Shown: piece by piece, positions 19,071-28,900 of the stretch
Layout of the letters: every line of letters starts with the position of its first letter
Numbering within the stretch: the stretch's first letter is position 1
DNA from: a virus
DNA length: 64,000 nucleotides
IMG/VR virus record: IMGVR_UViG_3300020193_000003
Strand: one strand, 5' to 3'
The notes under the pieces: model-generated
What the model was told of the DNA's origin: nothing
What the model saw: only the letters and a program-made list of their open reading frames with translations
Databases searched by the model: none
Program-made: the position numbers and the translations under genes

Positions 19071-20384
19071 TCACACGAGGATAGTGGCGGCTCTCCTAAA
19101 TGGCAAGCCCAAACCTGCCAGGAACATGTATGCGCCGACGGCGGAGTCAACCTGGTCGTCGTGAACTTTGGCCTCGGGAAAGGACGAGAACTCGTCAAGC
19201 CAGTCGGTCATCCAGGGCGCCCTGATGACCCTGACGTTCCCGTTGGCGGCGGCGGCGGAGAACGGTCTCGCCCTCGTCACCTTGTCCCCGGTGGACCTTA
19301 TTCCGATGAAGTCGTACCCCGGAACGACGTACCTTGAGTACTGGTCGACGAGCGCCTTGCCAGAGGAACCCGGCTCCTGCTCCATTCGCACGGACACGGC
19401 GGGCCCGTCCTCGGAGGCGGTTTGCGCGACCAGCTGCTCAACCTTGTCGCCCTTCACCCTCGCCCTCTTCACGTCGAGCACGTAGGCGACCCCGTCCTCG
19501 AAGAGCATGAGGGTTCCGACCGTCCAGTCCGGGTCGGGGTTCGATGCGCTCGGCTCGGTCGCGGCCAAGTCCCAAAACCTCACGGCCCTCGCCGTCGGGC
19601 CCATCTTGGGGACCTCGCTGGAGTCGATCACCACGAACGACGTCCTGTCGAACATCGTTCCGAGCGTCGTCGCCCACCAGTCGCCCTCCTCCAGCCTTCT
19701 CCTCTGGAGCGGGTCCAGCGAGGCGAGCGCTATCCGGTAGGACTCGACGTCGATGCCGGGGTTGTCCGTCAGCTTCGAGGGCACGAAGACCCTCCCCGAA
19801 TCCGTTCCCTCGACGATGAACCTCTGTCTCACCCAGTTGGGGGCGGGGTTGGAGGCCGCCCTCATCCTCAACGGCACCAGGGAGAGGGGGCCCGTCGACG
19901 GTCTCCTGAGGCGGGAGAACAGGTAGCGATAGTCGTTCTCCCTTATCTCGGTGGCCTCGTCCATGCCGATGAACTGGAACTCGGAGCCCTTGTACCTGAG
20001 GTAGTCGTTCTGGTTGTTGAGGTATCCGAACGATATTCTCGCCCCCGACGGGAAGGTGGCCACGTAGGTGTTGCTGTTCCAGTGCACGTTCTCGTGCACG
20101 GCTATCCAGCCACGGAACCTGTCCATGAGCGCCCCGGGCAACGCCAGGTCGGCGAAGGTGCGCCTGAACAGGATCGCCGAATAGCCGGGCACATCGAGGT
20201 ACTGCATGGCCGCCATGAGCAGGGCGGACGATTTTCCACCTCCCGCGGCGCCCCCGAAGAGGCCCTCAAGGCAGTTCGTCCTGAGAAAAACCTTCTGCGT
20301 CAACGAAGGCTCCTCTGGGCAAAACATGGGTTTTTTCGGCTGGAGCCACTCCAGCACCTTCTCCCAATCGACTTCTTCCATCAT
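19071..20384 (-). CDS. terL: Terminase large subunit
   Basis: Walker A GGAAGGGKS, Walker B FIGMDEA, RAASNP motif, RNaseH-like WDLAA...DWTVG...HDDQVDS. Confidence 0.95.
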   Translation of the reverse strand: MMEEVDWEKVLEWLQPKKPMFCPEEPSLTQKVFLRTNCLEGLFGGAAGGGKSSALLMAAMQYLDVPGYSAILFRRTFADLALPGALMDRFRGWIAVHENVHWNSNTYVATFPSGARISFGYLNNQNDYLRYKGSEFQFIGMDEATEIRENDYRYLFSRLRRPSTGPLSLVPLRMRAASNPAPNWVRQRFIVEGTDSGRVFVPSKLTDNPGIDVESYRIALASLDPLQRRRLEEGDWWATTLGTMFDRTSFVVIDSSEVPKMGPTARAVRFWDLAATEPSASNPDPDWTVGTLMLFEDGVAYVLDVKRARVKGDKVEQLVAQTASEDGPAVSVRMEQEPGSSGKALVDQYSRYVVPGYDFIGIRSTGDKVTRARPFSAAAANGNVRVIRAPWMTDWLDEFSSFPEAKVHDDQVDSAVGAYMFLAGLGLPFRRAATILV

Positions 20385-20449
20385 CGCTCCGAGCTTGTCC
20401 GGGTACTACATTATAGGTGTCGGCACAAATTCCAGGACGTAAATCCGCC

Positions 20450-20629
20450 ATGAACAAATTCCAAATAGCTCTCCAGAGGATAGCCACGAGACAATCAGTC
20501 GCTAACTTGCTGATGTCTTCATTTATACTGTTTACGGCAATAGGAACCTTCTTGATCAACCCACCGCTCGGCTTCATCGTATTCGGGGTCACTGCGGGGG
20601 CGGTCGGCTATCTGCTCGGCAAGGAGTAA
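20450..20629 (+). CDS. Small membrane protein upstream of portal
   Basis: About 59 aa with two hydrophobic segments; divergent from terL. Confidence 0.6.
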   Translation: MNKFQIALQRIATRQSVANLLMSSFILFTAIGTFLINPPLGFIVFGVTAGAVGYLLGKE

Positions 20630-20638
20630 TCATAGAAA

Positions 20639-22858
20639 ATGGCGTGGAACTCCCGAACCAACAAGAACCTCGGAACTGACAGGACAAAGGCGCTGAATCC
20701 TGGCGCCCCGGTGGCCTACAACCCATCGCAGGTCGGCAGGCCGTACAGGGACTCGTGGGACATCGAGCGCGCATACCGCGAGGGATTCCAGAAGGTCACC
20801 TGGGTGAATCGTTGCATCGACGCGATTTCCGGGAACCAATCTCGCCTACCCATGATCCTGCGGGAGGACAACAACCCATCGGGGAGAGTGGTCAGGAAGA
20901 CGGACAGGAAGATACTGGACATCTTCAACACCAAGGCGAACATGGGGGAGAACTCGTTCGTGTTCCGCTACAGGTTGTCGTCGCAACTGCTCATGTCGTC
21001 GCGCGGGGCCTTCATCGAGAAGATCAGGGGGCGCGACGGCGAGCTGATCGCCCTCCAGTTGCTCCCACCCCAGCACACCGCCCCGATACCCGACCCGAAG
21101 AAGTTCGTGTCCGGCTTCGAGGTGGACATGCGCAACGGAACGAAGGTGACGCTAAAACCGGACGACGTGGTGTGGATCAGGAAGCCGCACCCCCTCGACC
21201 CGTACCTGTCGCTCACGCCAATGGAGTCCGCTGGCATAGCCATAGAGATAGAGAATCTCTCCAAGCTCTACAACAGGAACTTCCTGCTCAACGACGGTAG
21301 GCCGGGCGGCCTGCTGGTCGTCAGGGGCGAGATAGACGACGACGACAAGGACGAGTTGCGCAACCGGTTCAGGGGAAACGTCGCTAGGGCGGGGGCCGTG
21401 ACCGTGCTGTCCTCGGACGAGGGCGTCGACTTCGTGGACACCGGCCAAAGCCCGAGGGACGCAAACTACGTGCAGATGCGCCAGATACAGAAGGAGGAGA
21501 TTCTCGCCGCCTTCGGAGTCCCCGAGTCCGTGATCGGCAACGCCGCCGGCCGGACGTTCGCCAACGCCGCCGAGGAGCACAAGGTGTTCTGGAACGAGAC
21601 GATGCTCCCCCACCTCGAGACGATCGCGAGGGCCCTGGACGAACTGGACGACCAGTACTACATCGACTTCGACGTGACCGACGTGCCGGTCCTCGTTCTC
21701 TACAAGCAGGAGAGGGACAGGTACCTGATGACCGAGTACCAGACGGGTCTCATCAGCGGCAACGAGTACAGGGAGGGCGCAGGGCGCAAAGTGATCGACT
21801 CCGAGCTGATGAACGCCATGCTCGCCAACCCGAACCTAACCCCGATCGGCTACACGAACAAGAAGTTCGTGCAGCAGCAGATGGGCATCCCCGGCATGGG
21901 CGGGGCGCCACCGCCGGCCGGAATGCCTGGCGGACCGATGATTCCCGGCATGGGGCAAATGCCACCGGTTCCGGGCGCCCCGGCAGTCGAGGGGGTCGCA
22001 CCCGCCCCGCAGGAGGGCATGACGGCGGCGCTGCAGGCGGAGGAGGTCGCGGCAGCGCAAGCCGGGCAGATGGCGCAGGCGTCGGCGTTCGGTGACCAGG
22101 TGACGACGAAATCGCTGTGGGACGAATGGGACGAGAAGGCCGAGAACTCACTCGACAGGTGGACCGAGATACTGGACTCGTCCCTTGAGCGTTTCGTGGA
22201 GCGCCAGCAGAGGGTGATACTCGAGAAAGCCGCCGGCTCCAAATCGAGGAAGTCGCTGGAGGCGGGGAGCCTTGACTACGAGAGCATCTTCGACCAGAGG
22301 ATATGGGATAAGCAGCTGGCGGAGGACATGCGCCCGATCCTCAGCGGGATAATGAACGACGCCGCGACGCTCGTCTCCCAGGAGGTCGGAATGCAGGCCG
22401 AGATAGACGAGAAGGAGGCGGCGGAGCACCTAAAGGAACAGATCGAGAGATTCCAGCAGATGAACGCCACCACCGCCAAGGAAATAGAGGGTGCCGTGCT
22501 GATATCGCTCTCCCTCGGCGACGGCGAGGACAAGATGGGGATGCTGAAGGCCGCCCTGCTGGCGATATTCGTCAACCTGCTGTCCAAGCGGAAGAGGAGG
22601 ACGGCGGAGCACGAGTCCCACACCGCCTACAACGCCGGGGCGTTCTACGCAGGTCGCTCGGTCGGCGCAGCCACGAAAACCTGGGTATCGGAAAAAGACG
22701 CGAAGGTCAGGCCCGAGCACGCCGCCATGCACGGCGAGACGGTGCCGATTTACGAGCCGTTCGTCTTCGGCGGAAACTCCATCAGGTACCCGGGTGATCC
22801 GATGGCGGCGATCAACTTGACGATAAATTGCCGGTGCAAAGTGAGGTTCGGGTTCTGA
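20639..22858 (+). CDS. HK97-family portal protein fused to C-terminal MuF (minor head) domain
   Basis: Portal motifs (WVNRCIDAISG, FLLNDGRPGGLL, ILAAFGVPESVIG, NEYRE), a Pro/Gly/Met linker, then MuF KTWVS..DAKVRPEH..MHG...YPGDP...INCRC. Confidence 0.92.
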   Translation: MAWNSRTNKNLGTDRTKALNPGAPVAYNPSQVGRPYRDSWDIERAYREGFQKVTWVNRCIDAISGNQSRLPMILREDNNPSGRVVRKTDRKILDIFNTKANMGENSFVFRYRLSSQLLMSSRGAFIEKIRGRDGELIALQLLPPQHTAPIPDPKKFVSGFEVDMRNGTKVTLKPDDVVWIRKPHPLDPYLSLTPMESAGIAIEIENLSKLYNRNFLLNDGRPGGLLVVRGEIDDDDKDELRNRFRGNVARAGAVTVLSSDEGVDFVDTGQSPRDANYVQMRQIQKEEILAAFGVPESVIGNAAGRTFANAAEEHKVFWNETMLPHLETIARALDELDDQYYIDFDVTDVPVLVLYKQERDRYLMTEYQTGLISGNEYREGAGRKVIDSELMNAMLANPNLTPIGYTNKKFVQQQMGIPGMGGAPPPAGMPGGPMIPGMGQMPPVPGAPAVEGVAPAPQEGMTAALQAEEVAAAQAGQMAQASAFGDQVTTKSLWDEWDEKAENSLDRWTEILDSSLERFVERQQRVILEKAAGSKSRKSLEAGSLDYESIFDQRIWDKQLAEDMRPILSGIMNDAATLVSQEVGMQAEIDEKEAAEHLKEQIERFQQMNATTAKEIEGAVLISLSLGDGEDKMGMLKAALLAIFVNLLSKRKRRTAEHESHTAYNAGAFYAGRSVGAATKTWVSEKDAKVRPEHAAMHGETVPIYEPFVFGGNSIRYPGDPMAAINLTINCRCKVRFGF

Positions 22859-22887
22859 TTTAGTAAACAGCGTTTGAGTTTACTAAA
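22859..22887. promoter_or_regulatory. Perfect 10-bp inverted repeat (operator or RNA hairpin)
   Basis: TTTAGTAAAC-9 nt-GTTTACTAAA in the AT-rich gap between portal and protease genes. Confidence 0.55.
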
Positions 22888-22944
22888 ACGAATACGAAAA
22901 CCTTACGCCAGAAACAATTCTCGTCGTTTATTATGTAACGAGAC

Positions 22945-25900
22945 ATGACCAACCAGCAAACCTCCGACGATCTGGACTACCTCTACAAGTCTCTCAACGG
23001 TCAGATAAACGTCGATGAGGCGCAGGGCATAGTCGAGGCGTTCGTCGCCGGCGTCGGCAACAAGGACGCCGTGGGTGACATCTGTCTGCCGGGGTGCTTT
23101 ACCTCGTCCCTCAAGCGCAGGAAGCCTCGCGTCGTCTGGGGCCACGACTGGAACTCCCCGATCGGCAAGGTGCTCGAGATCTACGAGGTCGGGCCCAACG
23201 ACCCGCGCCTGCCGGCAAAGATGCGCAAGGCGGGCATAGGTGGCCTCTACGCAAGGGTGCAGTTCAACCTCAAGGCGGAGAAGGGCAGGGAGGCTTTCGC
23301 CAACGTGTCGTTCTTCGGCATGGAGCAGGAGTGGTCCATCGGGTACAAGACCCTGGACGCGGTGTTCGACCCGGTGCAGACCGCCAACCTCCTGAAGGAA
23401 GTGGAGCTCTACGAGGTGTCGCCGGTCTTGCACGGAGCGAACCAGCTGACGGGGACGATATCCATCAAGGCGGACGAGGCCGAAACGCAGACCAAGGAGG
23501 GGCAGGAAAAGGCGGGCAAGCCCGTCTTGCGCGACCCCAAGGGCGGACTCACGGCGGCCGGTCGGGCCCACTTCAAGCGCACCGAGGGCGCAAATCTGAA
23601 ACCGGGCGTGATGGGCGCGGCCGACACGCCGGAGAAAATGCGCAGGAAGGGTTCCTTCCTCACCCGCTTCTTCACCAATCCGAGCGGTCCGATGAAGAAG
23701 CCGAACGGCAAGCCCTCGAGGCTTGCCCTTTCGGCCGCGGCGTGGGGCGAGCCGGTGCCGCAGAACGCGTCCGACGCATCCGCGTTGGCGGCGAAGGGTC
23801 GTCGCCTGCTCGAGAGGTACGAGAACTCGAAGAAGAACAAGAAGAAGGACGACGCAGACTCGGTGGAGAACAAGAACTATGTCGCGGCCATCTACTCCGC
23901 CACGAGCGCGCAGCAGAACGAGACGTTCGGCAGGGCATCCGAGCTGACCAGGGCGTTGGCCGCGAGGTTCGGCGGCCCCGTGAGACTGGTGACGGCCGAC
24001 AACGACATAGCGGTGTTCGAGATGGGCGCTGGCGCGTCGGTGGAGACGATGAGGGTCGCGTACCACTACGACGGCGACGAGTTCATGTTCGGCACGGCTC
24101 AGCAGGTGAAGCCCGAGACCGTCTACATCCCGATCAACCAGACGACATCCGGCCAGACGGTCGGCGGGGTCACGACGGGAATAACCCCGAACGTCGGGCA
24201 CCACGCAGGCCACGTCGGTCACGAGGGACACTGCTGTCCTTCCTGCGGAAACGGCGGCAACTGCGACGCATCGGTGGCGCTCACGCGGGGCGAGAGTCCG
24301 AGGATCGCCTTCATGAAACTGAAGTCGCTCGGCGACCAGCTCAACTTTGAGGTCGTGCCGGTCAACGGAGGTTTCCTCCTGAAGGGGTTCGGGTTCCTTT
24401 CCGTCGAGGCGCAGAACTTCGTCGTCAACAAGATAGAGCAGGGAATGAGCCGGAAGTTCGTGAACCCGACGGGGATGGCCATGCGCAGGGGTCTCGGCGT
24501 TCCGAACATAGGTGGTGCCGTGCGCGGTTTCAACGTCGACATGAACCCGTTCACCGCGAGGGACGCCGACCTGGACAAGCTGGTGCTCGAGGGCAACCCG
24601 CTCGTCAACATGGGCCGCGGAGTGCCGGACCCGACGCCGTTCGGGATCCCGGATGGGCCGCGCTTCGGTGATCCGAACATTCCGAGGGTTTCCGACAGAA
24701 TGAATCAAAGACGCCCGCTGATGATGCCGGCGGTGCCCGAGCCGACCGAGGTCCCGGAACCAGCCAAGGAACCAAAGCCGGTGACGGAACCGTCGCCGTT
24801 CGTGCCCAAGCCGAACAGGCCCCCGACCCCAGTTCCGCAACCGGAACCGGAGACGGAGCCGGTCGTGCCCGTTCCCGTGCCCGAGCCGGAGAGAGAGCCG
24901 GTCCCGGTGCGTCCGCAACCAATCAGGCCGACGGTGCCCGTGCGCCCCCTCGTTCCGACTGGCAGGAGGCGTATTCCAAAGAGGTTGGCGGAGGACTTGG
25001 CGCGAGCAGATTCGTTCGACCGCCCGAGCAGGCAGACGAGGCAGCGTCGCCTCAGGGACCAGGGAATCGACGAAATGCGGAGACTGATGCTCCTCGACGG
25101 ACCGGAAGCTGGAATGAGCAACCAGGACTCTCGCCCATTCGTCGGGCGGACGGACATCGAGTCCCGGGAACGGGAATTCTACGAATTGATGCTGGACGAA
25201 CGAAGGGCCGACGACGCACGCACGACTGGCGACACGAGCGTTCTGCGTCCCCGAATACTCGACGATATTTTGGAATATCTCGGAGACGAGAACGAAGACG
25301 ATCCGGATTACGTCCCGTCTGCCGATGAGATCGCCTCTTTGGCGCAGGAATTGGCAGAGGAGGCAGTCGAAAAATTCATAAACGAGGATTATTACGTTGG
25401 CGGCTCGTCCAGCAACCCTGTGTACAGGGGAAGGAACAACAGGGACCTGTGGCCCAGGCGCGACGAAATCTTCAGGAAATTCAGCGGAGGCGACGGGGAA
25501 GCCGGAATGAGCAGAGGCGGAGGCGGCCCCGACGAATTGGCCGACAGATTCCGTCAGGCTCGAGAGGAGAGAGAGCAGCCCGGCAGCAGAGGTCTTGACG
25601 ACGATACGTCGGCAATGTTTAGACAGGCTGAGGATTCTTTGCGCGGAAGTTTCCGTCCGAAGACCAACGAAGTTGATAGGTACGAGTACAGCGACCGAGA
25701 CAACATCAATGCCATGCGGTCGCAGGCCGAAATAATGAGGACGGACTACAACGACGAAGAAGCCGCCCAACTCTTTGAGCAGGCCGCGGACATCCTTGAA
25801 GATCGACTCGCAATGCCCAAGGACGGCGAAATCGTAGACGACGGTACCGAAGTGGAGCGCGAGCTGCTTGAGGCGGAGCGGATTGGGCTTGCGAACTTGT

Positions 25901-28900
25901 CGGCACGACGCGAGAAGATGCGGGATTCCGGGATGTCTCCGGATTATTCGGTCAGATCCCCGAGCTGGCGCGGTCAGGGTGAATTCTGGCTTGACACCTC
26001 GACGGGGAGAATCTTTTACAGGGACTCCACTGACTTCGAGGATGGGGACGGTTTTGACGGGGAATTCGTGGACATAGCGGGGGTGCAGTCGCAAGACGCC
26101 GATTGGATCCGCGAGAGTCTGCTCGCCAATTGGGACTCAATAGGTTTCAACGCCCGGGGCGACTTCGTCTACAGGGGCGTCGACTTCGGGCAGGCGATGG
26201 ATCCCAACGACCCGCCACCGCCGCTTGACAATCGCGGGGAGTTGATACCGAACCAGGAAGTGGTCATATTCAGCGCGGAGCAAATCGCCTCCAGGCCCAG
26301 GACCAGGGACGACGACATCGTCGACGGGGAGATCGTCGACGGGGATGCCGGAATGGCCGGTCCGAACAGGAACAGACGCCGTGGACGCGCCGTGAGAATC
26401 GATTCCGAAGAAACGCTCGAGGAAGTTTTCAGGAGAAGAAGGAACGGGGAAGACATCTCGGACATGATGGAGGACATTGACCTGCCGAATCCGGGAGACC
26501 GTGCCATCACGGACCCACCCCCGGGTGCGGACGCCGGAATGGCCGGTCGTGCCAGGACCAGGGAGGAGAACGCGGACCTGGGGAGAAGGATCTGGTTGGC
26601 AAGGACCCACGACAAGCTGTCGTTGGACGAGGCCGGCCGCCGCTTCAGGACGTCCAGGCAGAGGGCCAGGCAGCTTGAGCTACTCCATCACAAGTACCTG
26701 CGCAACCTTGGTCAGTACCACGCAAACAGGCTCGCACGGGCGATGGTCGACGACCCGATGACCGGTCTCACCGACGCCGAGGCGGATCTGCTCAGGCGAC
26801 GTCTCGACGGCGAATTGCTCGAGGAGGCGGCTGAGCGACTGAGGACGGACAGGTTCGCCATCAGGCGCATGGAGCAGCTCGCCCTCGCCAAGCTGAGGAA
26901 CAGGATGATCGATGATGGTCCGTCGGGTGCGATGGCCCCCAGTCGTGGAGGCAGGGCGGTGGACGCCGCCCGCCCAAAAGCACCAGGGGCCGAAAGGCCC
27001 GGAAGCCGAAGAAGAAGAAACGCAGTTGATCCGAGTTTCATAGAGATCCTCGACTCGCTGAAGGAGTCGGGCGAGGACGGCCTGACCAACGCGCAGAGAG
27101 TGCGACTGGCGGCCCTGATGCGATTCCGTCGTGTGATCAGCAACAAGATAGACCAGTTGATGGTCGGCGGGTCGCGTCGTCGCCGCCTGTCCGCCGTCGC
27201 CCCGGAGGTCGACCAGCTCAACAAGTCCATGCGCGGCCCGTTCTCTTCGCTGGCCGAGGCCGCGAAGATAACCACGGGCAGTCCGAGGGATTTTGTCTCC
27301 TCCGCCATCAAGGTTGCGAACGGTGAGCAGGATCCGCTCGACATTGACGGACCGATAAACGTCCAGGTATTCGAGGCATTGCGGGCCACGAACGACGATT
27401 TCGCCGCTGTCGCCAGGAGCCTGGGCATGGACGAGGAGGTCGTTCGCCTGCGAGCCGCGGCCCACACGTTGAGGTTGCTCGCCTCGGCGATGCCAGTCAG
27501 GATGGGGGTGCACAGGCGCCTGGAGAGCAGCGGTGACGCTCTGACGTCGATTGAGCGTTACATCGTTAGGGCGTGGCTGAACGGAGCATCGGACCTTGAC
27601 ATTGCCGAGAGGATGGGAGACGGATTCGACGCGGCGCGCGTCGGCGCCACGAAGGTGACGGCGCTCACGAAGCTTCGGGTAGACGTGAACTCACCGGAGA
27701 TGCGCAGCAGGGTGGTCGACGGGAGGATCTTCTACGACGAGTTCGGTCTGTTCGTCGAGCTGACCGACGACGCCGGGGTCACTACCTACAACAGGATCGG
27801 CGACGGGCCGATGAGCATGATGGACGACGACGCATCCGGGGGTATGTCGGCCCCCAAGCGCAGGGTCGTGTTTGCGGACTTCGGCGACGGGGGCAGGGAA
27901 TACGTGGTCACGAGGACAGTCCAGAGGGACAGGGCGAACCCGAGCATGGAGTCAGTGATGATGATGCCGGTAAGGGGCGACGACCAGGCGACGGTGTCTA
28001 CGCTCATCGGCAGGCAGCTGTTGGGCGACGATCGCGGGGCGAACCTCGAGTTCCCGGCGATTCTTTTGAAATCGGACGGAAGGATCACTGGCGTGGCCGA
28101 CCTCTCCGGCAACGCGGTTCGCTTCTACGGGTCGCGCGTCATCAACGGATCCACCCCTCGCGTCGCCGAGAGGGTTGACGCGATAAGGGCCAACGACTCG
28201 GCGGCAAGGACGAAGATGGACCAGGACGTCGAGGGCGCCGAGAGGAGGCTGAGGGGTCTCATGAGGGCGCTGGACCACCTGATTAGCACGGGCGACTGGA
28301 TCGGAGGCGATGCGAACGTCACCGGGAGGGTCCCCGAATACGCGACCATGATGAGGTACGGACTCGACTCCGACGACGACGGGACGCCGATCACTCCGCG
28401 CAACAGGACCAAGGAGCAGTTTGAGCTGGACGAGGCGGAGTTCTTCCTGTCCAGGTACCCGAACGCTTCCGATGACAGGGTGGAGCAGCACGTCCAGCAA
28501 GCCACGTCGGACAGACTCGCCCAGGTGAGCAGGAAGGTCGATATCGCAAAGAAAGAGCTCGACAGGCTCCAGCACGTCCGGGACTCCAAGGAGGTCAGGC
28601 GCTCCCAGAACGTCGTTGACCTCGAGACGCTTGACGACGAGACGGCGAGGATGCTCGCCGACGAAACCAGATTCCTTGCGTCCATGTCCGGGCAGGATTA
28701 CGACGCCGCCGGCGTGTCGAAGGGCGCTGACGGTTTCGCTTACGTGGTCCACAAGGGACCGGACAGGCTCTCGGGCGGCGTGCTTGACCCTCGCATGTCG
28801 GCGGGCGTCGCGGGCCGCGCCGGGTCGGTGGCCGGGCAGGGCGACACGAGGGGGGCGAACAGGACCTACGTAGCGAGGTTCCTGCAGTCTGCGGAGGCGA

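Noticed and set aside
22903-26094. 1063-aa minus-strand ORF and other long antisense ORFs (27952-30252, 40271-42121, 50846-53491, and plus-strand ORFs over the tail genes)
   Set aside because: These are shadow frames of high-GC coding genes. They show no recognisable motifs and fully overlap well-supported genes on the other strand.
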